From the IMG/VR virus record IMGVR_UViG_3300042482_001698, positions 1-64,000 of that record: a stretch of DNA of 64,000 nucleotides. One strand, written 5' to 3'. This stretch comes from a virus. This document shows positions 55,920 to 64,000 of the stretch, piece after piece. Made by a program: the position numbers and the translations under genes. How positions within the stretch are numbered: position 1 is the stretch's first letter; every line of letters begins with the position of its first letter. A model generated the notes under the pieces. That model ran no database searches, had not been told where the DNA came from, and saw nothing but the letters and a program-made list of their open reading frames with translations.

Positions 55920-57533
55920 TCACCTGTTCGTATTCCAATCGCCTATTGTGGGTGGAAGACCAGCCCATTTGCGAGCATCCTTCCATGTTTTGGGTTTGAA
56001 ATCTTTAGGGAAAAAGCTGGCTGGTTCTTTTTTCGTATCTTTAGATGGTTCACGCTGAATTACAGGTTCAGGTTCAACAATGCTTTGGAAGTACTCTGCA
56101 TGAGGAATAAATTCGTCAAACATGTATATTTTGTTGTTAAAAAACACAATAGTTTTTAATGGGTCACGAAGTTCTCCATCTTCTTTTAATTTTTTGCAAG
56201 CTGCTGCTGCAACTGATATGGGTGTTTGAGGCCCCTGATAAATTGATATTAAATCAATTTGATCGAAAATTCTTTTGACCTTATTGGAAATAGCGTAAAA
56301 ATTTATAGTTTCAGGCCAATTTGTCTGATCATCTCCATATAAAAACTTTTTTAAATTATTTTCTGTAACTGTGAATTTTAATTGATCAAAATCAGTCCTA
56401 TAGCCTATCCTGCCAACAGCAGAAACAACATCGCCAAATCTAGAATAAATTCCATTATAAGCTTTGATAAGTTTTCTTCCTATATTTTCGTCTTTACGGG
56501 TTTCATTGTCAATTAATTGTCTGTGATATGTTTTATTTTCTCCTAAGTAATTTGTGTCTGTGGATTCAAGATAAATAAATGGTTTATGAGCCGCTGTAAG
56601 CTCCCCATCTATAATTTCAGCAGCTGAAATATCAATGATTTCGTCTGGTTTTTTGAATATTTCTAAACCATTTTCTATAGTAGGAAAATATTCATCAGCT
56701 TCTCGCAAATTAAACCATTTCTGATGGTTTGTGTTCCAATCACCTATTGTGGGTGGAAGACCTACCCATTTTTTGGCTTGTGGCCATGTTTCTGGCTTGA
56801 AATCCTTCGGATAAAGACTCATAGGTTTTTTAATATCTTTAGGTGGTTCAACATTAATTACAGGTTCTGGTTTATAAGGAGGCACATAATAAGAAATAAA
56901 TTCACTGAATATGTATGCTTTATTACCAAAAACAACAATGGTTTTTAATGGATCAATAATTTTACCATCTTGTTCTAATTTTTTACATGCTGCTGCACCA
57001 ACTGAGATGGTAGGGTGTCTAGAGGTAGCATAAATTGCTATTAAATCAATTTGATTGAATATTCTTTTGAATGAATCGCCTATAGCGTCTAAATTCACAC
57101 GTTCAGGCCAATTTGTCTGATCCTCTCCATATAAAAATCTTTTGATATTATCATTTGGAAGCCTTCTTTTTAATTTATCAAAATTAATCCTATAACCTAT
57201 CCTGCCAACAGCAGCAACCACATCAGGACGTGTTTGGTAAATTCCATCATAAGCTTTTCTAAGTTGTAGACCTATATTTGCGTCTTCTCGAATTTTTGCA
57301 TAAATTAAATTATCATGATAACCTTCAGTTATGCCCGAATAAATCGTGTCTGTAGATTCTAGATAAATAAATGGAACATGGGTATCTGTAAGATTTCCAT
57401 CTATAATCGAAGCGGCTGAAATCATAACATTGTCATCTGGCTTCATGAATATTTCTAAACCATTTTTTATATCAGGGGAATACTCATCAGCTTCTCTTAG
57501 ATCAAACCATTTATAAAAAGATAGATTATTCAT
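55920..57533 (-). CDS. Tandem-duplicated protein, each half starting with a CTS-like motif
   Basis: Two ~268-aa units, each running KWF.LREADEY...GLPPTIGDWNTN. Confidence 0.8.
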   Translation of the reverse strand: MNNLSFYKWFDLREADEYSPDIKNGLEIFMKPDDNVMISAASIIDGNLTDTHVPFIYLESTDTIYSGITEGYHDNLIYAKIREDANIGLQLRKAYDGIYQTRPDVVAAVGRIGYRINFDKLKRRLPNDNIKRFLYGEDQTNWPERVNLDAIGDSFKRIFNQIDLIAIYATSRHPTISVGAAACKKLEQDGKIIDPLKTIVVFGNKAYIFSEFISYYVPPYKPEPVINVEPPKDIKKPMSLYPKDFKPETWPQAKKWVGLPPTIGDWNTNHQKWFNLREADEYFPTIENGLEIFKKPDEIIDISAAEIIDGELTAAHKPFIYLESTDTNYLGENKTYHRQLIDNETRKDENIGRKLIKAYNGIYSRFGDVVSAVGRIGYRTDFDQLKFTVTENNLKKFLYGDDQTNWPETINFYAISNKVKRIFDQIDLISIYQGPQTPISVAAAACKKLKEDGELRDPLKTIVFFNNKIYMFDEFIPHAEYFQSIVEPEPVIQREPSKDTKKEPASFFPKDFKPKTWKDARKWAGLPPTIGDWNTNR

Positions 57534-57540
57534 ATTTACC

Positions 57541-57783
57541 TCAAATTAATTCAAGAACTTTTGGTTCTTTGCCAATATAAGTTTCATAACATCTTATTGC
57601 CTTACTTCCATTAAGGGTGAATACATCACCATGTTTTAATGGTTTGTTCCAATAAGGAATAAGAACTTCAGCATTTTTTAATCCCAAAATAATATTCTCC
57701 ATGCTGTTCGGCAATGTTTGACTCGCCAAAGCAACAGGATCAATAGTATTGACACGAAAAGTGTATTCAGGAAAATTATCCAT
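57541..57783 (-). CDS. Stand-alone copy of the shared ~78-aa module
   Basis: YTFRVN.ID...SQ.LP...KPLKHGD.FTL.G.KAI.C...YIGK.PK.LE. Confidence 0.75.
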   Translation of the reverse strand: MDNFPEYTFRVNTIDPVALASQTLPNSMENIILGLKNAEVLIPYWNKPLKHGDVFTLNGSKAIRCYETYIGKEPKVLELI

Positions 57784-57892
57784 ATTTTTAATCATTAAAA
57801 ACCTTGAAACACAATTTGTTTTAAAAAATTATTTTTTTTACTAGCTTCACAATACAATATTATGTATCACAACAAAAATATTTTGGTCAAAA

Positions 57893-58342
57893 ATGAAAGC
57901 AAATCAAGAGTATTGGCGTAGCCCACAACCTCATCCACTTAATCCTAATACGAATGATGCAAAAATATATAAAGAATATATGCTTGATGGATCTACATTG
58001 CTTCTTGGATGCACAAAAAAGCTGGTTTCCATATCAGATTATCAGATGGATTTAGATCCTTGGCTCAAAGGTCCAAATGTCATAAAGGGCGATTGGATAG
58101 AGAACAATCAAGATTTTGTCAATATTATCGGCGATGGAGTTATGAATCTCACCAAAGATTTAGCAAATGGTCTTTTGAAAATGGCAAAAAAACATTCTAA
58201 AAACTTAGTCGTCAGAAGCTTCAAAAGAAAAGAATCTTGGATGAGAGTTGCAGATTATTTTCCCGAAGCTAAAGATTTTAAGATAACTCCATATATCTCA
58301 AGACAACTAATTGATTATAATTTTTATGTTTGGAGATTTTGA
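57893..58342 (+). CDS. Methyltransferase-like protein
   Basis: LLLGCT...IKGDW...NIIGDG; coupled to the next gene. Confidence 0.45.
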   Translation: MKANQEYWRSPQPHPLNPNTNDAKIYKEYMLDGSTLLLGCTKKLVSISDYQMDLDPWLKGPNVIKGDWIENNQDFVNIIGDGVMNLTKDLANGLLKMAKKHSKNLVVRSFKRKESWMRVADYFPEAKDFKITPYISRQLIDYNFYVWRF

Positions 58343-59376
58343 TGCATAATCCGAATGTTGATGTTAAGAATATAATAGACAAATTTGAAAAAAGCCAATG
58401 GATTTACAGCCCCAATTTTGATTCAATTAAACATTTCCCTGTTATTACGAGAGAAGAATTAAGAAATATGCCAATGGAAAAAGGCATGTTTGAATGTAGC
58501 ACTTCAGGCTCAACAGGCGAATCTCTTAAAGTACAAAAAAGTTATGCAGATTATGTCTGGTACACGGCTACGAACGTAAGGGAAATGATCTGGAGGAAAT
58601 GGGATTTCACAAAGAATATTGCCGTGATAAGGCCTGATTCAAAAATAAGAGACTTGAGTGGGTGGGGCATTCCACAAAACATTGCTCCAATACAAGGGAA
58701 TACATATCAAATAAATTTTGCACCTATTTCTCAAATCCAATCTTGGCTTGAGGAAAAGAATCCTCACTACATTCACAGTAGGCCATCTATTCTTGCTGAA
58801 CTAGATTTGACTAAAATACCAAACCTTATTGATGTTAAAAGCACAGGTGAACTCGGTGGGACAATGTTCAGCAGCGAAGAGTGCGGAACGATTTCAATTC
58901 AATGTCCTGACAATCCTTCCGTCCATCATGTGATGGAAAACCAAATCGTCGAAGTAGACGAATCTGGAAACATGATCATTACGACTATGACAAACAAATA
59001 CGTCAAAAGATATAAAAATGGCGATTGCATTGAGCTTGGAGAATGTAATTGTGGTAGAAAATTACAAACAATCAAAAAAATAAATGGTCGTGTAAGAAAT
59101 ATGTTCGTTCTGCCAAATGGTGACAAAAAGTGGCCATTGATTGGAAGTAAAGTCTATTATGAACAATTTGGCATTAAAAGGTATAAAGTAATTCAAAAAT
59201 CAATCGAAGAATTAGAGCTTCATATTATTGCGGAAAATCTTGGAGAAAGAGAAAAAGAGCTTCAAGCCGTTGTTAAAAAATGGCTTGAAGCAGAAGTAAA
59301 TGTGACAATTAAATATGTTGAATCATTCCCTAATTATAAGCATGAAGAATTCATCAGCTTAGTCAACTATCTCTAA
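58342..59376 (+). CDS. Phenylacetate-CoA ligase/F390-like adenylate-forming enzyme
   Basis: STSGSTG, TGE, SSEECG, RYKNGD, CNCGR...I.GR. Confidence 0.8.
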   Translation: MHNPNVDVKNIIDKFEKSQWIYSPNFDSIKHFPVITREELRNMPMEKGMFECSTSGSTGESLKVQKSYADYVWYTATNVREMIWRKWDFTKNIAVIRPDSKIRDLSGWGIPQNIAPIQGNTYQINFAPISQIQSWLEEKNPHYIHSRPSILAELDLTKIPNLIDVKSTGELGGTMFSSEECGTISIQCPDNPSVHHVMENQIVEVDESGNMIITTMTNKYVKRYKNGDCIELGECNCGRKLQTIKKINGRVRNMFVLPNGDKKWPLIGSKVYYEQFGIKRYKVIQKSIEELELHIIAENLGEREKELQAVVKKWLEAEVNVTIKYVESFPNYKHEEFISLVNYL

Positions 59377-60363
59377 TATTTTTGGCAATTTACCAATATA
59401 TTGCTGACTGCACTTAATTGCTTTTTGACCATACAAAGTAAATGTATCACCATGCTTCAAAGGCTTATCGACATAAGGAACATAAACACTTTGATTTTCA
59501 AGATTAAGAATAATATGTTCTAAACTGTCTGGAAGATTTTGACTGACTATAGCCGTGTAATCTATAACATTAACTCTAAATGTAATTGTTGGATTAAGAT
59601 AGGTTAGCCTGCTTGGTTCAACAATAAGGTCTAAAAAAGCCTGAGCAATAATTTGCCGCTCAGAATTGTCCATGTATTCGTTTTCGTCTTTTGCAATTAG
59701 TAGAAAATAAATTTCATCAATTCCAGTTAAATTTTGCAAACAATGATCATCATGCTCATTGTCGGCATCATAAAGATGAACAATTCCACTTCCGTTTCCG
59801 GGTACAAAAATAAAATGATTGATAGATGGATCGTTAGAGTCATAAACTTGCTTATTAAAACATGTAAATTGGCGACCTTTACTTGTCAAAGTAAACACAT
59901 TAACTTCATAATCACCATTGCCATCAGCGCCAATATCTCCTGTGATTGAAAATTCTTCAATATCAATACCAGTTGCCGCCATCACAAACATGTCTGGATA
60001 CATATTTGTAAAATATTGGCTCCCAGCACCAAAATATGAACTGCCATCGGCAATTATTCCATCCATGGGAGGATCAGTGTAATCTCCACTTCCTTCTGCA
60101 ACTGCAACAGTATGAGTGTATGGAATGGAATTAGCACGGGCAGTATCATTATCTACACCATCATTATCCATATTGGCATAAAGCTGAGTTAGATTTGTAT
60201 TTAGGCAATTTGCATCATCATACATGTCACCGCCACCATCAGAAATGTTGGTGTTAACTCCATCATCTTCTGGTTCGTCGCTGAAATAATATGGATTGAT
60301 AATGTTTTCAGTGATTGTTTGATATCCAAGATTCAATCTTGTCAAAACTGCTTCAATACCCAT
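59359..60363 (-). CDS. Acidic beta-rich protein with the shared C-terminal module
   Basis: ISDGGGDMYD..N.LNT...GDIGADG domain plus TFRVNVIDYTAIVSQNLPD...PKILEIVD. Confidence 0.75.
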   Translation of the reverse strand: MGIEAVLTRLNLGYQTITENIINPYYFSDEPEDDGVNTNISDGGGDMYDDANCLNTNLTQLYANMDNDGVDNDTARANSIPYTHTVAVAEGSGDYTDPPMDGIIADGSSYFGAGSQYFTNMYPDMFVMAATGIDIEEFSITGDIGADGNGDYEVNVFTLTSKGRQFTCFNKQVYDSNDPSINHFIFVPGNGSGIVHLYDADNEHDDHCLQNLTGIDEIYFLLIAKDENEYMDNSERQIIAQAFLDLIVEPSRLTYLNPTITFRVNVIDYTAIVSQNLPDSLEHIILNLENQSVYVPYVDKPLKHGDTFTLYGQKAIKCSQQYIGKLPKILEIVD

Positions 60364-60665
60364 AATATTCCTTTTTCAATGTGATTTACAAATTCACTGT
60401 CTCAATATTTTTTGCAATGATTAATAATTCATCAGCTTAGTTAACTAGCTCTAGTATTTTCGGTAACTTGCCAATATACTGCTGATAACACTTAATTGCT
60501 TTTTGTCCATACAAGGTAAATGTATCGCCATGCTTCAAAGGTTTATCAACATAAGAAACATAAACAGTTTGATTTTCAAGATTAAGAACAATATGTTCTA
60601 TTCTATCTGGAAGATTCTGACTGACTATAGCCGTGTAATCTATAACATTAACTCTAAATGTGTAA
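59359..60665 (-). repeat. ~230-bp near-identical direct repeat (59359-~59585 and 60437-~60665)
   Basis: Encodes the shared module; differences are mostly synonymous. Confidence 0.9.
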
Positions 60666-61753
60666 GCTGGTAATGGATAATTTGTACTTGTATCATCCGT
60701 TATGGCCATAGTACTGCCGTAGCCTCCGGCTGAAACGAATTTCCAATTTTTGTCTGAAGCAATTTGAATTGGTGAAGAACTGTCATTTTCAGTTCCGTTT
60801 CCTAATTTACCGCTGTAGTTGTCTCCCCATACCCATAAAGTACCATTAGACTTTAATGCGACAACACTACTGGTTCCAGCAGAAGCACTTGCCCAATTAG
60901 AAGCATTTCCGACTTGAACTGGAGACGATACTATTGCTGTATATCCGTTCCCTAATGCTCCGCTGTCTCCCTCGCCCCATGCCCAGAGAGTGCCATTTTC
61001 TTTCAGTGCTACTGCATTATATAAACTGACAGAAACACTTGACCAATTACTTAGACTTCCAACTTGAGCAGGCGAAGACAAACTAATGGTATCGCCGTTT
61101 CCCAAAATTCCAAAATTTCCTTCTCCCCAAGACCAAAGAGTTCCATTGTTTTTTATGGCAAAAGAAGATAAAGCTGAAGCAGAAATTTGCTTCCAATCAT
61201 TATCTGTTGTTATTTGAACTGGGGAAGAATATGTAAATGTGTCATTTTGACCCAATTGTCCACTACTACCTTCTCCCCATCCCCAAAGAGTTCCATCTGT
61301 TTTGATTGCTAATGCATGGGCACCTGTATTTGAAATTTGATCCCAATTAGAATCACTTCCAACCTGCACAGGAGATGATCTAGCATCGGTATCATTTAAT
61401 CCAAGAATACCAGAATAATTAACTCCCCATGTCCACAAAGTGCCATCTGATCTAATAGCAGAATTATTGAAAAATCCTGCTGAAATTTCTTTCCATGAAA
61501 AACTTCCTATTTGAACTGGAGATGAATAACTAATGTTTTCGTTATTTCCAATTGATCCTCCTGAGCCTTCGCCCCAAGACCAAAGTGTTCCATTTGTTTT
61601 AATGCCAAGAGTATGAGTGGAACTGGTAGAAACTTTTGCCCAAACGCCTCCAGATAGTATGTTTTGAACTGGAGAAGATCTGTTAATAACAGTTCCATCT
61701 CCTAATACACCAGAATTGTTAATCCCCCACGCCCAAAGCTCATTGCCAGCCAT
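60437..61753 (-). CDS. RCC1/BLIP-II beta-propeller protein with the shared C-terminal module
   Basis: About 7 repeats of GTLW.WG...G.LG...SSPVQ plus the same C-terminal module. Confidence 0.85.
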   Translation of the reverse strand: MAGNELWAWGINNSGVLGDGTVINRSSPVQNILSGGVWAKVSTSSTHTLGIKTNGTLWSWGEGSGGSIGNNENISYSSPVQIGSFSWKEISAGFFNNSAIRSDGTLWTWGVNYSGILGLNDTDARSSPVQVGSDSNWDQISNTGAHALAIKTDGTLWGWGEGSSGQLGQNDTFTYSSPVQITTDNDWKQISASALSSFAIKNNGTLWSWGEGNFGILGNGDTISLSSPAQVGSLSNWSSVSVSLYNAVALKENGTLWAWGEGDSGALGNGYTAIVSSPVQVGNASNWASASAGTSSVVALKSNGTLWVWGDNYSGKLGNGTENDSSSPIQIASDKNWKFVSAGGYGSTMAITDDTSTNYPLPAYTFRVNVIDYTAIVSQNLPDRIEHIVLNLENQTVYVSYVDKPLKHGDTFTLYGQKAIKCYQQYIGKLPKILELVN

Positions 61754-61762
61754 AATGCTCCT

Positions 61763-62341
61763 TTACTTTATTTTCTTGAAAACAGAATATGGATAATTTT
61801 CATTATATTTCTTGTTATCTTTTCCAAATTTTACAAATGTGCCGCTATCATTTTTCACTGATAATGGTTCAAATGAATCAGCAATACTTGTATCTGTCAT
61901 CTTGAAATTTGAATTATAAATTACAAAATAACCATCCTTGTTGAGCTTATTGGACAATTCAATAACAGCTTTCTCAAATTTAGAGAAAGGATAAATTTCA
62001 CTGCAATCTTCTTTATTTTCCAATTGTGGATATCGACAGAAAACAGATAATGCAAAAATAAAATCAAATGTACCATGACCTTCAACCGTTGTATCATAAG
62101 ATATTTTATCACTATTTTTCATTCTATTAGCAACTTTTATAAGTCTTTTATTAATATCAACTCCAACAATTTCCGATTCTGGGAAGTAATTTTTTAATGT
62201 TTTGCATTCTAATCCAATTGAACATCCGAAAGACATAATTCGGATTTTTCCTGTTTTTAATTTTGAACAGTAATCAAACAAATCAGGATAACGATTGTTT
62301 TTCGTTATTCCAATATATTGATGTGTTTTATTTCTATCCAT
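61763..62341 (-). CDS. Class I SAM-dependent methyltransferase
   Basis: IMSFGCSIG.E, IVGVDIN, FDFIFALSV. Confidence 0.8.
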   Translation of the reverse strand: MDRNKTHQYIGITKNNRYPDLFDYCSKLKTGKIRIMSFGCSIGLECKTLKNYFPESEIVGVDINKRLIKVANRMKNSDKISYDTTVEGHGTFDFIFALSVFCRYPQLENKEDCSEIYPFSKFEKAVIELSNKLNKDGYFVIYNSNFKMTDTSIADSFEPLSVKNDSGTFVKFGKDNKKYNENYPYSVFKKIK

Positions 62342-62497
62342 AATATTCCTTAAAATAAGTTTTAATTCACTTCTTTATCCTAAATGCATAAAAAATCACC
62401 TATGTATTTATAAAATTTTCTTCAGATTTAATTTGACAACAGACTTTATTGGTAATATTTTATGTATATGGCTATTTATTTTTGATCAGAGGCATCT

Positions 62498-63400
62498 ATG
62501 AATAAGTCTGATTTTTCTCACGAAAAAATTAAATTCTTTCATCATGTTAGTTTTGATGACATTAATCAACGTATGAAAATAATGGGAATAATTCCCGAAC
62601 ACAAAGAATTCCAGAAAAGTCTAAACAAAGTTCAAAAAATCAAGACTGATAAAATAAACCCAGAAATGCTTCCATGTTATCAATCTGCTCTCCTCAACTT
62701 CCCACAAGAACAACATCTTTTCAGAAAACTTAATTTTTTGAAATATCGTGCAAAGAATTTATTTGCTAATACAGACGTAAAATACCCAGAAGCGAAAAAA
62801 AAACTTGCAAATCATATTCATCGAAAATCTCTCGAAGTCAGAAACCAAATTGCTGAATGCAATTTCCGTTTAGCAACGCAAATCATGAAACATAAAAATG
62901 CAATGCAAGATGGCAACAGCACTGAACAAATGCTAAGTGATGCTTATTTCGATGTTTTGAAAGCTGTTGATTACTTCAACTGGACACTTGGCCACAGGTT
63001 TTCAACATATGCTACTTGGGTAGTGAAAAAGAATTTCTTTCGAGACGCTAAGACCAAAATGAATCAGGCTGAAAAAGTTGCCTACCTCGATGATTCCCGT
63101 GCGGAAATGATCGAGGACAGAGGAACTGGAGAAGCTGATGAAAAGAACCATGAGTCGAGACAATGTCTAATTAAACGACTGATTGGAATGCTGGTTCGTG
63201 AGAATATTGGCACAGACAGAGTGAGACAGGCATATGTGCTTGAAAAATACTTCGGGGTTAACGGTCGTGATAAAATGACGCTTGAACAAATCAGCGAAGA
63301 AGTAGGAGTCACGAAAGAAAGAGTCCGACAGTTAAAAGAAAAAGGCTTAGAATGGATTAGGGAAAAGGTGCTGGAATTAGGACTTTCTATTGATGATTAG
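62498..63400 (+). CDS. Sigma-70 family factor (planctomycete-type RpoD/SigA-like)
   Basis: LL..QEQHLFRKLNFLKYRA, IAECNFRL, AVDYFN..G.RFSTYATW, TLEQI..EVGVTKERVRQL. Confidence 0.9.
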   Translation: MNKSDFSHEKIKFFHHVSFDDINQRMKIMGIIPEHKEFQKSLNKVQKIKTDKINPEMLPCYQSALLNFPQEQHLFRKLNFLKYRAKNLFANTDVKYPEAKKKLANHIHRKSLEVRNQIAECNFRLATQIMKHKNAMQDGNSTEQMLSDAYFDVLKAVDYFNWTLGHRFSTYATWVVKKNFFRDAKTKMNQAEKVAYLDDSRAEMIEDRGTGEADEKNHESRQCLIKRLIGMLVRENIGTDRVRQAYVLEKYFGVNGRDKMTLEQISEEVGVTKERVRQLKEKGLEWIREKVLELGLSIDD

Positions 63401-63408
63401 ATTTTTGC

Positions 63409-63437
63409 TTTACATTCAATAAAAAGACGAGTATACT
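63409..63437 (+). promoter_or_regulatory. Sigma70-type promoter
   Basis: TTTACA-17 nt-TATACT; the leader contains the hairpin CCTGACT...AGTCAGG. Confidence 0.65.
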
Positions 63438-63532
63438 GATTTTGTTGACGCAAACGATGTGGTCCTGACTCACAATGTGTGGTAAGTCAGGTCAACCTTC
63501 GCAAAGTATGTGTCAGCAAAGGGTTAGATGAC

Positions 63533-64000
63533 ATGTCAACTAAGCGTGCTGTTTCTTCGCAACAGATTTCCTCTACTGTTGCCTCTGTGGGTGTCAAAAA
63601 AACTGGTCTGGCTGGTCTTGCCAATATTGCCAGTAAGTCATCGTCGTCAAACAACAAGCCCCAGAAATGGGAAATGCCTTTGACTCCTGAGTCTCAATTG
63701 CAGGCTCAACGATGGATCGCCGCCAAAAGCGTCCTTGAGCCTGTGATGGCTCGTGTCGAGAACAGCAAGGACGAATTCGTCCAATATGCCATGGGTGTGA
63801 TGGCCCAGAAGCTTTTCGACAGCAAGAGCAAACCCTCCAACCCAGTTGTTGTCATCCGCAAAGAGGATGGGAGCATCGATAGCACTTTTCAGTTTTTGAT
63901 GACAGACAAGTTCAAAGTGAAGCTGCCTGAAGCTCCAGTTGATCAGGATGTAGCAGAATTTTACGCTACCATCTTTTCTGATTTGGGTTTGCATCCTCAC
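63533..64000 (+). CDS. Hypothetical protein, 3'-truncated (plus strand; absent from the ORF track)
   Basis: Open frame MSTKRAVSSQQISST...SDLGLHPH runs to the window end, downstream of a promoter; higher GC. Confidence 0.8.
   Translation, partial: MSTKRAVSSQQISSTVASVGVKKTGLAGLANIASKSSSSNNKPQKWEMPLTPESQLQAQRWIAAKSVLEPVMARVENSKDEFVQYAMGVMAQKLFDSKSKPSNPVVVIRKEDGSIDSTFQFLMTDKFKVKLPEAPVDQDVAEFYATIFSDLGLHPH

Noticed and set aside
59359-60665. Near-identical repeat pair as a DGR template/variable repeat
   Set aside because: Differences are mostly synonymous and not adenine-specific, both copies are coding, and there is no reverse transcriptase in the window.
63647-64000. Minus-strand 117-aa ORF in the track
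   Set aside because: It is the shadow of the plus-strand ORF starting at 63533, which has a promoter and stays open to the window end.

Overview
This AT-rich, densely coded window reads as part of a jumbo (huge) phage genome in the standard genetic code, probably infecting a Planctomycetota host. It carries host-takeover genes: bS21, peptide deformylase, IF-3, CsrA, DnaJ, a GroES-like protein, ClpX, two sigma-70-family factors, PhoH, dUTPase and an MscL-like channel. It also carries glycosyl-, methyl- and oxygenase-type modifying enzymes, a DNA-methylase/nuclease cluster and probable virion proteins. Two tRNAs are present: tRNA-Ile2(CAU), split by a 248-nt ORF-less group I intron after U33, and an atypical tRNA-Arg(UCU) with a long variable arm. 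They would read AUA and AGA, codons an AT-rich phage needs in a GC-rich host. Hidden structure includes at least 7 unrelated proteins with a T4-like capsid-targeting N-terminal signal and protease site, and a ~78-aa C-terminal module shared by two different cargo proteins and one stand-alone gene. There is also a triplet of L-lectin-like paralogues, a dispersed CCGTCA-N5-TGACGG-type element (two copies inverted around the methylase/tRNA block), a TAAATA late-promoter-like box, several apparently inactivated enzyme homologues and an internally deleted methylase pseudogene missed by the ORF track. All product calls come from motif recognition by eye; no searches were run.
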